Positions 23,701 to 35,695 of a stretch of DNA of 64,000 nucleotides are shown in pieces (positions within the stretch are counted from its first letter, which is position 1; each line of letters opens with the position of its first letter). The stretch comes from Lama guanicoe. Its lineage: Eukaryota. The notes beneath the pieces are model-generated. The model searched no databases and had not been told where the DNA came from. It saw nothing but the letters and a program-made list of their open reading frames with translations. Where the stretch lies: assembly GCA_013239625.1 (NCBI GenBank), contig MU053559.1, positions 3,020,324 to 3,084,323 of the forward strand, given 5' to 3'. A program made the translations under genes and the position numbers.

Positions 23701-26700
23701 TTGGTGGCTCAGAGGGAGAATTTGTTTCATGCGTCTCTACTAGCTTCTGGTGGCTGCCAGCAGTCCCTGGCTTTCCTTGGTTTGTAGACGTATCAGTCCA
23801 GTTCTGCCTCTGTCATCACATGGCCATCTTCCCTCTGAGTGTCTCTATGATATATTGGATTTGGGGCCCACCCTACTCCAATATGGCCTCATCTGAACTA
23901 ATTACATCTGCAATGCCCTTACTCCAAATAAGATCACATTCTGAGGTTCTGGGAATGTCATGGATTTGGGGGGGACAGTATTCAACCATGTACAGAAGTC
24001 TAGAGTTAGAAATCCGAGATTCTTTTGCACACTGTGGATCTGGAATACTAAAGGGAAGCATGAGCTTCGCTGAAGGAGAGAAATCAAGAAAGAAGTATGG
24101 GTTGACCTTACAGGATAGATGAGACAAAACAGGTTTAATATATAGAGAGAAATAGATAAGGAAGCCATGAGAAATGTGGGCTGAAGTAGTCATGAAGGTG
24201 GACCTTCAGCTGAACCTTAAAGGGTAGGAAAGGTTTAGATAGAAACCCCCTAGAAACAGGGAGATTAATGCCTTGAGCAATAGCGGTGACCTGTCTTGAA
24301 GCTAGTTGGGTTGGAGTAGGTTTGGGTAGGGTGAGGGTCAGCCAGGTCTGAGCAACATCTTGACTGTGTTGAAAAAGACAAAACAAAGCAAACCACTTTT
24401 ATTATGGGGAATTTCAACTTAACAGGAGGAGTGTAATAAACCCCTGAGTACTGAACATTCAGTTTTAGTAGCCAGTCTTTTTCCTGTAAGTTCCCCTCTT
24501 CGTCCCTTATTTTGAAGCACATCTCAGACAATGTAGATTGTGCACTTTGGACTAGTCTGCATAACTGAAGGGAAACATTGAGAGTTTCTGAGCAGGTAAG
24601 GGACATGATCGAGAGAAATGGGAAGACATTAAGATTTTATTAGGAAAGTAATGGAAAATAGGAGGGAGGGGTTTAGTACATCATTGATTGTTCTTACCCC
24701 TTGTCATTTCTTTCATTGAAGGTGTGCGGGATTTTTGTTCCAGAAAGTTGGAAAACTTGCAGCAACCGCAGTAGGTGGTGGCTTTCTTCTCCTTCAGGTA
24801 TGTCAGAGCTTTAGGTCCTTGCGTCTGCTTACATGTGTAGCCCTTGGGAACTGAGAAAGTCAAGTGCAGCCATTTCACTCCTGTCCATTTTAATAGAAGA
24901 TAGAATTTTTCTTGTAGGCATCAGTATGTGGAAAAACTAAAATGAGTTTTGAGAGCTGGCATCTTGTCACGAAAGACAATTTAAATACTTTTAGTTTTTT
25001 TTTTTAAACATAGTTTGATCCCAGCTATTTGAGGTGCTTCATTTTTTTTTCATTATTACTTACCCAAACTTCTCTTGAAGCATTTCCTTAGCAAAATAAG
25101 CATCTCATCAGTAACATAACCTGCTCATCATGACCATTTAAAACCTATATTTAAATTTCACACACATAATGTGTGTGTATATATATATACACACATATAT
25201 ATACATAAAATTCAAAAAGTCTCTTTCCTTCTCTGTTCCCTAGCTGTACAGTCTTCCTTCCCAGGGGAAATTGCTGTTAGCAATTTCTAACATGTTTTTT
25301 AAAATTGGAGAACCACAGTAATATAGAAAGTGGAAAATTGGGTTTAAAAAAATCATTCATAATCCTATTTCTGAGACAAGTGGATTTGAAATTTTTGTCT
25401 TGTTCATGTTCCCCTAAGTATAAGGTTTAAAAATGCTTTGCAGTTAGAGGATGTTTATCAGGATATTATCTGGCATTCATGTCTGTTTGGCATATATTTT
25501 CCCAAAAATATCATTCCCTGAAGATCAAATATAGTAAATCCTAAAATTGAAAATCTCTGGGAATAAATGTTAGCAACAGTTTTAAAGATACAGAGAACTG
25601 TCAGATTTGAAAAATGATTGATGGTCATAGCAACCAAACTCTGACTTCAGCACCGAAGCCACTGATCATGTAATAACCAGTGTCATTGCCTTAAGTACAA
25701 AGAGACAGATTTTGAGTTGTTTACTAAATAGTTTAAATATATATATATATTTTTTTCTCTCTATTGGTGGCATTATTAGGAATAATTGCTTATTACTTGG
25801 GGTAAGAGGTAAGAAGGAATATAGTTAATATTTAAATTTAGTTCTTTGGATGAATATGCCAGTATTTGTACAAAGGAGAATTCTACTTAAGCTGATTTTG
25901 ACTTGGGTTTACATAGAACGAACAATTAAGATAATTATATAGTTATGAAGAATCAAGATATTCAGTAGCTATTTTGAAAACTCAGGTATCATTTCTGCTT
26001 AGTGGAAAAGGGTACTGGACTGAAGCAGAGTTCCCCACAATGTTCACAGATAAAGAGAATTATGCATTTCAGTCTCCTCTGCATGTCAGTTTTTCAGAAG
26101 TCCTTTTCAGTCCACTTGATAATGTACCCTTCAAATCCACATTTTGCCATTGCCACCTCGTACTTCTCTGTGTCTAGTCCACATACTCTTTGACGTCACT
26201 AAGCAGAAGAACATGGGACCTGTCTGCATTAAAGCAGTTTTTCCCACAAATATGACTTATTGAAAACTCAGTAGAAAGAAAGAGGAAATAAGAAACAAAC
26301 AAATGGCATTTAGGTTAATTACCTATTATTTAGGCCTGCTTTCATATTTTTAGTACCTTTACATATTTTTAAAGATAAGTATGAATTTACTTATAACTTA
26401 AAGCTTTTCTAGTAACATTTTCTAGGCATTTTCCAGTAGATATTTATCACATTGCCATCTTAAATTAGACAATGGTACATAGATCTTTTAAATTTAGTTT
26501 TTATTTTTTTAGAGTTGTACATGCCTATAATTCAAGGGTCAAACACATGTATAAGGTTTATTACAGATTAATCCTCTGCCTCCCCCACTACCTCCCCATT
26601 TTCCCCTCCCTTGAGGCAATCAGTTCGAACTATTAGCTGATGCTTAAGGTATTTATTTCCTTTTTCCCAAACAAATTAATTGGCTATTTCTTTGTCTTTC

Positions 26701-29700
26701 AGCTTGAGGTATTAACTACTGGCTTCCCATTATGGAAGATGGGAATTTAGCTATCATTTGTTGAACTTCTCTGTCTCCCCAACCCTGCATCATTTGAGTA
26801 CTGTTATTTCATAATTGTGTTAGATCATTACTTGAGTTTCTGGAATCCGTAAATTAATGTCTTCCTAACCATGCTTGGGAAGGTTTTGGCCATTATTTCT
26901 TTAAATATTCCCTCCTGTTCTTTCTTCTTCTGAACATGACTCTTGAGTCATGTGTCTTAGGCTCTATAATAATGTCCTGAGGTTTTGTTCATTTATTTTT
27001 TTTGTCTTTTTATTCAGATTGTATAATTTCTAGTGATCTAGCTTCACGTGCATTGACTCTTTCCTCTGTCATCATCTACCTTCTGCCATGAAGGCTGTCC
27101 AATGAGTTTATTTCAGTTATTGTATTTTCCAGTTCTAGAATTTCCATTTGGTTCTTTTTATATTTTCTAGATCTCTGATGAGATTTCTTGTCTTTCCATT
27201 GATTACAAGCGTAGTTTCCTTTACCTCACTGAGCATAGTTATAGTACTGCTTTAAAGTCCTGATCATTCCAATATCTGCATCATCTCAGAGTTGACATCT
27301 GTTGATTTTCTTTTGAGATGTGGCCACATCTTCCGGCTTTATCACATCAAATAGCTGGATTTTGTCCTGGGCTATCCTGGGTTGGGAATGTTATGTTGTG
27401 GAGAGTCTGGATTCTGTTTTATTCCAATGAAGTATGTTGGTGTTTTGATTTTAGTAGGTGGTTAACTTGGTGAGACTCAAATTGCAAATTCCATTTCATC
27501 TGTGGCAGGTAGCAGCTCAAATCTCAGGTTATTTATTTTTTTTTTAGCCTTAGCCCAAGTGCTTCATTATGCCCCATGAATGTGTGGTTCAGGCCTTGAA
27601 TAGAGTTTAGACATAGAATTTGGGGCTCTCCTTCTCTAGCTCTGTCCTTCCTGGAAGCTGTTATTGTCCTGGGCAATGTCCTCTGCTTCTTCAGGCCAGA
27701 AAGATGGCATGTTTTCTGTTGAACTTTTAGCCACTCTGCAACTCCATCTTGTCCTCCGGATAAAGCCAGAAAAATAGGCAACTCACCTCATATTGGTCCC
27801 TTCCTATAAGTTTCAACTCCTCTTCAAAATCTGCTTGCTTTAGTTAGTTCTGGAGTCCTTGTGCTTAACCAGGGTTTATGGTTGCTATCTGTGGAAGGGA
27901 CCCTAAGATTCATCATCACTTCCATGTCTGGGACCCAAATTGCCATGCCAGGTATTGCCAGGAAAAGCTTTCACTTGCCATTTGGTTTGATCACCACTCT
28001 GTTTTACCAAGGCTAGAGTTTGATGTGATAGTAGCTGAATAAATATAGGAAGAAATGCAGATAAATAGATTCTTCTATGGAGTCATTCACAGTGAAAATG
28101 GAACGTAAGATTCCCAACCTATTTATATAAAATCAGGTATTTTTATTATTTAAAGTATCTTATGTGTGGTTCATAGTTAAAGTGATGCATTAAAAGATTA
28201 CTAAGAAAGCATCCACCTGGTAGAAGTGATTTATGACGGTACACGAGGCTTAATTGTTTACTGCTCATGTGATTCTTGACGGTACGCGAGGTTTAATTGT
28301 TTACTGCTCATGTGATTCTTGACGGTACGTGAGGCTTAATTGTTTACTGCTCATGTGATTCTTGACATGTCGATTGTATTATTTGGAGGGACTCAGTGTA
28401 CTGGCTTACACACACACTATTGTTCTTGTTCAGATTTTGCAGTGTCTCAGTAACAGCATATAAGAGTTTTTCTTAGGGCTAATAGGCATTTAGCTATAGT
28501 TTTATTAAAAGACCTATTTATAGCATGAAACTTGTGTAGAGCATTATTCTCAATTTAAATAAAGAGAGTGAAGAGCCTTTTATCAGGCTATTTTAGGGAC
28601 CTAATAACTGATTGGCTTCTGATCTCTTATAATTAAACATCTATTTAATTAAAGTTACTTATTTATTAGCTATATAATTTCAATAGTCTCTGTGCCTTTT
28701 TAGTGAATTCTCAAATTCCAAAAATTATGAGAGAATTATAGAATAGTTATAAATAAACAATTTTTGGACTCTTTTTCCATTAAGTACTCTACTTCTCTTA
28801 ACATAGTGTTCATCACATCTAAGTAATTATTTATACTTAAGTCTGTTTTCTCTGATAGACCCTAAACTCACTGAGGGTGGGGACTTCTGTCTCCCTTGTT
28901 CTTGGCTATAGCTTGGGGGTCTAGAACAGTGCTTAGCACGGAATAGGCACTCAGTATCTGTAAATGAATACCTTCGTGAATAAATTGTGATTCTTACCCG
29001 TGAGCTTCATAATTTTTTGAAATCTAAATGTTCATACATTCTGTTAGCAACCTAGTTGGTTTAGATTTAACCATTTTTATTACATTTTTGCAGATTGCCA
29101 GTCACAGTGGCTATGTGCAGATCGACTGGAAGAGAGTTGAAAAAGATGTAAACAAAGCAAAAAGACAGATTAAGAAACGAGCAAATAAGGCAGCACCTGA
29201 AATCAACAATATAATTGAAGAAGTAAGACAATGTATATTTTGGGCTTTTTTTTTTTTTTAATGAATCTCAGCAGAGAATGTAACTAGAGATTATCTTCTT
29301 TTTTAAAAAAATGGTGTTTCTGGTCATGTCTAGAGTGTTAAGTTAAAATTTGAGATCAAGCTACCATTTAAATCACTCATTTTTTTAGTTGTTAACCAAA
29401 ACTACCAATTTTTTTTGAGGTAGAATAGCTTGAAAATGTGTATATTTTATTAGTGTGGATTAGTTTTATTAATATTTTTATGTGCATTCTATGTTTTCTT
29501 CTTGTGTTCTGTTTAGAATTGAGCTGAATGTTCCTTTGCCTTTGTTTTTATTCTATCCTTTGACTGCCCCAAATTTTGAAAAATTTCAAGTCAGCTGAAA
29601 AGTTGAAAGACAAAAACAATGAATACCCAAAAACCCTTCACTTACTCACCAAATTGTTCATGTTTCGCAACATTTGTGTGTGTGTGTGTGTGTGAGATTT

Positions 29701-31262
29701 ATACTTTTTTTTTCGCTGAACTGTCTAAGACATCATGTCTTTTTATTCTTAAATACTTAAGCACATATCTTCCAGGAGTATGCATATTCTCCTATATAAT
29801 TACAAGTACTACTATTAATCTCTCCAAATTTAACATGATATAATAATATTTCCTAATAAACAATTCATATTAAAATTTTTGCACAAAATATCTTTCACAT
29901 CTCCCCCCCAATTAAAAATTATGTATTTCATTTGATTGTCTTATCTCTGAAGTCTCCCTTAATCTTAAATGGTCCCGTCATCTGTTTTTTTTGTCTTTGT
30001 TTTTGTTTTTCTGTCTTTCATAACACTGACATTTTTGAAGCATCTAGGCAAAGTATCCCGTAGTGTGGCTTTATCTAATTGCTTCTTCATGATTTTAGTT
30101 GGGTTAAACATTTTATCAAGGTGTTATTTTTTTGATCTTGCACATTTTTTCCTCCTGGCTAAGTGGACTGTGAATAAACATCATTGTGCATGCCATGGGA
30201 ATTTATTAAATCATCTGTGTTATGATGATTTAATAAATTGATGATCGTCCATTCATTTATGCTTGCACTATAAGGAGATTTCTTTTTTTTTTTTTTTTAA
30301 TGGTGGTACTGGGGATTAGAAGCCAGGACCTTGTGCATGCTAAGCATGTGCTCTACCACTGAGCTATGCCTTCCCCTAGGAGACTTCTTTTTACCTGTGA
30401 GAATTTTGCTGCCCATATTCCTGTTATTCCAATAGCAAGAAGCTTCCTGGGCCTGGCTGGGGGCTCCGGGCTCCTAAGGATGTAATGGACAGCCCTGGCA
30501 TCTTGCAGGGTGGTTGGCACCTGCAATAGGTGCCAATAGTTACACAAGGATTTTTGCTTAGTATCTATAGAATTGAGGAAAGCATCTGAAAATGATACTT
30601 AGCTTAGGATTTAATACTTAAGAGTATTTTTAAAAATTTGTATCTTTTCTTTCCCTTATTGTGGTAAAATATACATAATGTAAAATTGATCATTTTAGCT
30701 ATTTTTAAGTGCACAATTCACTAGCATTAAGTACATTCACACTTTTGTCCAACCATTACCACTATCCATTTCCAGAACTTTTTCATCATCCCAAATAGAA
30801 AACTCTAGGGGAGGGTAGAGCTCAGTGGTAGAGTACCATGCTCAGCATGCACGAGGTCCTGGGTTCAATTCCCAGTGCCTCCATTAAAAATAAATGTGTA
30901 TATATAAATAAATAAACCTAATCCCCCCCGGAAAAAAAACCCCGAAAAAAACCCAAATAGAAGACTCTTCACAGGTAAGCCGTAACTCCCACAATTCACC
31001 CCTCTCTCCAGCCCTTGGTAGCCTGTGTTCTACTTTCTGTCTTGATAAATTTGACTATTCATGTAAGTGGAAATCAAACAACATTTTCCTTTTTCGTCTG
31101 TCTGATTTCATCTAGTGTCACGTTTTCAAGATTCATCTGTGTCGTAGCCTAATGACGAGTATTTTTGTTTAAACTTTGTTTCAGGCGACAGAGTTTGTCA
31201 AACGGAACATCGTGATATCCAGTGGATTTGTGGGAGGCTTTTTGCTAGGCCTTGCATCCTAA
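20472..31262 (+). CDS. FUNDC1: FUNDC1 (FUN14 domain-containing 1, outer mitochondrial membrane mitophagy receptor), spliced CDS join(20472..20499,21227..21383,24722..24797,29094..29222,31185..31262), 155 aa
   Basis: Manual splicing gives [155 protein letters not shown]. Exon lengths 28+157+76+129+78=468 nt, open frame, all introns GT..AG. LIR motif Y18-E-V-L21 and S13, S17, K70, K119 are present. Confidence 0.98.
21227..21383 (+). CDS. FUNDC1: FUNDC1 coding exon 2 (contains LIR motif YEVL)
   Basis: Acceptor ttttctgttttgaag|AA; encodes [52 protein letters not shown](W); donor CTG|gtgaga. Confidence 0.97.
23575..23994 (-). mobile_element. MaLR MLT1 (MLT1B/C-like) LTR in FUNDC1 intron 2, within decayed L2-like sequence (about 23120-24640)
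   Basis: tgtattagtttcctagggctg ... ggggggacagtattcaaccatgtaca is the reverse complement of MLT1 termini. Confidence 0.85.
24722..24797 (+). CDS. FUNDC1: FUNDC1 coding exon 3
   Basis: Acceptor tttctttcattgaag|G; encodes [25 protein letters not shown]; donor CAG|gtatgt. Confidence 0.97.
26840..27900 (-). mobile_element. Ancient L1 fragment (ORF1/5' region) in intron 3
   Basis: ttgggaaggttttggccattatttctttaaatatt and ttcagttattgtattttccagttctagaatttccatttggttctttt are typical antisense L1M blocks. Confidence 0.65.
28234..28366. repeat. 43-bp minisatellite, 3 full copies plus partial, in FUNDC1 intron 3
   Basis: tgacggtac(a/g)(c/t)gagg(c/t)ttaattgtttactgctcatgtgattct starting at 28234, 28277 and 28320. 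Confidence 0.95.
28845..28972 (+). mobile_element. L2 3' end fragment
   Basis: tagaccctaaactcactgagggtggggac...ctagaacagtgcttagcacggaataggcactcagta..aatgaat. Confidence 0.7.
29094..29222 (+). CDS. FUNDC1: FUNDC1 coding exon 4
   Basis: Acceptor tttttgcag|ATT; encodes [43 protein letters not shown] (also visible inside ORF-track 29028..29261); donor GAA|gtaaga. Confidence 0.97.
30283..30376 (-). mobile_element. tRNA-Ala-derived SINE, short form (intron 4)
   Basis: Poly-T followed by reverse-complement SINE; TSD aggaga(t/c)ttcttt. Confidence 0.9.
30632..31148 (-). mobile_element. L1 (L1MB-like) 3' fragment just upstream of exon 5, interrupted by a SINE
   Basis: ttattgtggtaaaatatacataa...taagtacattcaca...ttcatcatcccaaatagaaa is an antisense L1 3'UTR. 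Confidence 0.8.
30808..30951 (+). mobile_element. tRNA-Ala-derived SINE, long form (intron 4)
   Basis: 17-bp TSD cccaaatagaa(a/g)actct (30790-30806 / 30952-30968). Confidence 0.92.
31185..31262 (+). CDS. FUNDC1: FUNDC1 coding exon 5 (C-terminal hydrophobic segment, stop TAA)
   Basis: Acceptor ctttgtttcag|GCG; encodes [28 protein letters not shown] at 31260-31262. Confidence 0.97.
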   Translation, partial: ATEFVKRNIVISSGFVGGFLLGLAS

Positions 31263-31631
31263 GGCTGTGAATGTGCTGTCACAGTGGAGTCACTCGTGAG
31301 GAGAGAAGCGGTGGTGACAAGATGGTCTCAACATTACACATTGCCAGCTTCTCCAGGATGACGAGAAACAGCTAGCTGGACAATACCAAACTCACTGCTT
31401 AGCATTTTGCCGTCTGAAATTTGGCAATCTAGTATCTGCTATAAAACAGCCTATATGGTATGTGTATAATAGTATTCCTGAGCACAACATGGCTTTGGTT
31501 GTTTTTTAAAAATTTGCATTTGTTTAAAATTTGCCTATAAAGCACCACCATTGGATGTAGACGTGGAGAGATTAAAAAAAAGAATCCGTTGGCTATATTC
31601 CCCAGTGAAATATTATCCCCATTTTTATTTA

Positions 31632-31809
31632 AATAAAATGTTCTCCATTGTGCTTTTTAGTATAGTGCCAATAATTAAAAATTTGTTTTATAGCTTCAGC
31701 ATTAGGGCTGACTTTTTTTTTTTTAAGATATGTTTGCAATAAACTGAAGAACTGTAATTCCCTTTTGGTGGAAGGATTTACAAATAATAGAATTATTAAA
31801 GATATTAAA
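31632..31809 (+). terminator. FUNDC1: FUNDC1 3'UTR polyadenylation signal cluster
   Basis: AATAAA at 31632-31637 and 31738-31743; ATTAAA at 31795-31800 and 31804-31809, followed by a GT/T-rich tract (about 31825-31845). Confidence 0.6.
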
Positions 31810-34800
31810 CACATTTAATACCAATTTTTAGGTTGTTTTTTTCCTGCAGTTCTTACTTTGCTTATGTAATAACTGTAGTAAACAGTTTCAAGGAATGCTC
31901 TTCTAAGGAAATACTACATGTCTAAAGCTCTTTTCCTTTTTTTTTTCTTGATGTCTGTAGTTGTAAAAATATTGTCTTGTATATAAGCTTCTAATTTTTT
32001 AACTCATTTATTTATCCTAGCAGCCTGGGTAGAACTAATTATTTTGAGGGTACATATAGTTGAGTCACTGATTCATTTTATTAACTTTGAAATCCGTTTT
32101 TCATTTTTAAAAATCCTAATTATTATTTTGACCTCTTCTTCACAAAGAGGTAAAAGTCACCTTAATAGTATAGTATGAATTTATTACCTGAAGAGTAGTG
32201 ATTTTCTACATAATCCTGAAATTGTAGCTTAAAGAGAATTGTCTCTTTGGTCTAGTCTGAGATGTAAGTACTAAGACTTTCAGGTTTTTAGGTAGCATTA
32301 TGTTGGTTGAACACTAGGCCAGTTGACTTGTTTCTCAGGACCCATGCCACACTCCCTCAGAGGTTCCTTTACCCGGAAAAGCTTTTCGTACTGTTTGTTC
32401 TGTCCATAGAGTTCTAGGTTGGAATTAGGAAAAAAAGCAGCAGAACGACAGGTGTTGGAGTCTTCAGATTGGAAAGACTTTGGAGATAGTCAGACCATCT
32501 CCTTTTGCTAGGCAGTCCCCGTGATATATTTTGTGTATTGTAAACAAGGCATTTCATACTTTCAAGATTGTCACAGCCTGTGCTTTCACTCTTGCGAGAC
32601 TCCTTAAAATTCAACATGGGATCCACCTTCATTTTCTTCCTTTACTCTCATTAGTGCCTCATAAAATGCTAAATAAAATTCAGACTTTTCTTAATATTAA
32701 GTGGTTTTGTTTATAAATACTTATTTTTCTTCTTCGAGCTTTTCTCTGTTTCTGCCTTGCCAAAGTTTTCATTACCATGGAATTAAAAGGGAAAAATATT
32801 CTACATTAGGTAGAAACTTGGCCACACTTCTGTGTGCATATCTGCATGATAGTTTGATCTGATACCATGAGGCGGGCTACTGTGGGGAACTCCAGTAGCT
32901 GGCTCGGTTTTCATCTTGGAAATATTTCTAGTGTCTGTTCTGTGTATGATTCATTAGGAAAGGAGGGGTGGGGGCACAGAAATGTCTGCCCTCAAATAGA
33001 GACTAAATATTCCTATATGAAAAGTTCTATTGGGGAACCTGGCATATGATTTAGTGGCAAATGAGTCACGAGGATAACTACTTTCCAAGTCCAAACAGGA
33101 ATGAAAAGTGAAAAAGTGAAAAAGATAGCACTTCATTTTTACCTATATATCTCCAAGTATTTGTTGATTTGTTTGGAAATACTTGTATACAAATGCAAAA
33201 TATTATCAGAGTTCTCCATACGGTCCCCTCTCTGTTAGTGTCCCCTGTTCTGCCTCATGTCCGCACCATTTCTCCACGGGGTTGTAGACTACTCGAGGCA
33301 GTCATGTGTGGTGTTAATCAGTAACTTGTGATACACCCTGTGCAATGCTTTGCTCATGGTGGTATTCAGCTGATGTTGTGTGAAAAGCGTATTACTGTGC
33401 TAGAGTTGGTGTCAACCTATAGGAAACCGTCTCTGTATAGCAGTCCAGTGAATCAGAAGCTCCATCAGAAATGACTTGGAGAGGCTTGGGCAGAATGAAA
33501 AACCTATAGCCTGCCTTTGTCTAACATGGGGATTTTTATATTTGAGGGCATAAAAGTTATTTGCAAGATTTATTAAAACTTGAGTATATAGAATCCAGGT
33601 AGTTTGTGGCTTAGGCTTTGGAAGATACGTGAAGATGTTTTGACTAATTTTTTTTTTCTTAATAGTCCTCCCTCACAAAAAAAGATGAGTTTTGCAGTTT
33701 TCTTATTTCCAATGGCAATATGAATGAAATATGCTTATTATAGGAAGATACATCCACATAAAGAATATATAGAATGTTTATAATATGATGTACTTAGAGA
33801 TAACGATTGCCCATATTTTGGTATAAAGCTTTTGGAATTTTTTTCTACATATGTATGAATACATATTATGTGTATTTTATATAAAAATTGAGTCATAGTT
33901 TATGTACTATTTTACACATAGCTATTTTCACTTATATATCATGAGCATCTTTTTATAATAGTAGTTACCTTTATGATGACAAAAAGATAAAAGTGCCCAC
34001 CCTCACCCCCTTTTATGAGACAACCATTATGAAAAGTTCTTCATATATATTTTTTAATATATTTGTACTTAATTTTTATTGTCCAAGTTTGGATAGAATA
34101 ATATGGAATGTTTACTCTGAAAGGTAAGGAATTTTGTGCACACCCACTGTTTCACCCCACACTTTTTTTTTTTGATTGCTAATATATTTTTAGTTTTTCT
34201 AGTAGATAACTTTATTACTTTAAATACTATATTTTTTCTGTCCTTAGTTACCAGCTTTAGATAATATCTACTAACTCCCTGTAATTAAAGATGGGGAAAA
34301 TCAGCATACCTCTTTCCTGCCACCCTCTGGCCTCCTGATTTTTGTTAAGTATTAGTTTTCCTGGTCTACTCAAATGATAGAACTCTAAACCAGTATTAAG
34401 AAGAGTGTAGAGCTATATAAATCGATTTAGAAAGAGCCACATGTCAGTGATAAAATCAGGTTACAAACAGTATGACCCCACTTTTTAGAAAAACTATGCA
34501 GATGAACATAGATGTGCATACAGATACTCATAGAGGCTATCTCTGTTAGGTTGGTATAGAGGATTTTCATGTTGTATTTTCAACATCTTTATGTCATCTG
34601 AAGTCTTTACAGTGAATACATATTACTTTACAGGTAGCAAAAGTTGTTCTTTTAAGACCCAGGAATAGGAATTTTAAATTAATAGGTAATTGTTACTTTA
34701 GGTGGCTATTTCTACTTTATTCAGTGGATTTATTTTTTAAGTTATTTTGGTCAAAGTAGCACACATAGTTCAAGAAATCAAATAGTATTTAACTACAAAT

Positions 34801-35175
34801 AAGGCTTCTAAGAAAAGGAGCACTTCTCTGTTCTACTGCTCTTCAATTTAGTGGCCTTTTCCCCACAGAAGTTTGAACTGTATTAGTTGTTTCTCTGGGT
34901 ATTTACTACAACCATATTTCTTGGACTTCCTATTCTGATAAATGGCTTGACTTGGGCTTCCTGTTATGGCAGATGTGGATTTGGCTCTAAAACACCTTCC
35001 TTTTCACATCTTTGTAGTAACAATTTATTAAATCTCTATGAAGTTTTATACACTTCTGACAAATATTGTTTACTGTTGAGTAAGGACACAACTTCCTGTT
35101 GGTCCCTTTATGTGGGTTCAGCTGGAATCTAGCCTTAGCCTGAGCCTGGGAATAGCTCTGGAGCATGAAGGGCAC

Positions 35176-35695
35176 TGGCTGGCAGAATAATGCCCCCCTG
35201 CAAAAATGTTCATGTCCTAATCTTCTGAACCTGTCAGTACGTTAGGTTACATTGCAAAGGAAATGAGAGTTGCAGGTGGAGTTAAAGTTGCTAATCAGCT
35301 GATCTCAAAGAGGTTATTCTGGAATAATCTTGGTGGGCCCAGTGTGGTCACAAGAGTCCTTAAAAGAGGAAGAAGGAGGCAGAAGAGAAAGAAAGATGTG
35401 ACTACGGAAGAAGAACGATCAGGCAGATGCTGTGCTGTGGTTTTGAAGACTGAGGAAGAGAGGAAAGAGGGGCATGAGCCAAGGAAAGCTGGTGGCCTCT
35501 CAAAGCTGGAAAAGGCAAGAAAACAGACCACCCTGTTGTTTCTAGAGAGGAATACAGCCCTGCCATCACCTTGATTTTGGCCGTGAGACCCATGTTGGAC
35601 TTCTTACCTCCACATCTGTAAGATAATAAATTTGTGTTGTTTTAAGCCACTAAGTTTGTGATCATTTGTTACAGCAGCAATAGGAAACTAATACT
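35176..35695 (+). mobile_element. MaLR MLT1D-like LTR, apparently nested in an older MLT fragment (about 35110-35950)
   Basis: ggcagaataatgccccc...aaagttgctaatcagctga...tttaagccactaagtttgtg...agcagcaataggaaactaatac. Confidence 0.85.

Noticed and set aside
28234..28366. Regularly spaced repeats resembling a CRISPR array
   Set aside because: Units are head-to-tail with no unique spacers, there are no cas genes, and the context is a mammalian intron: a minisatellite
29028..29261. Stand-alone 77-aa ORF
   Set aside because: It is FUNDC1 exon 4 with in-frame intronic flanks
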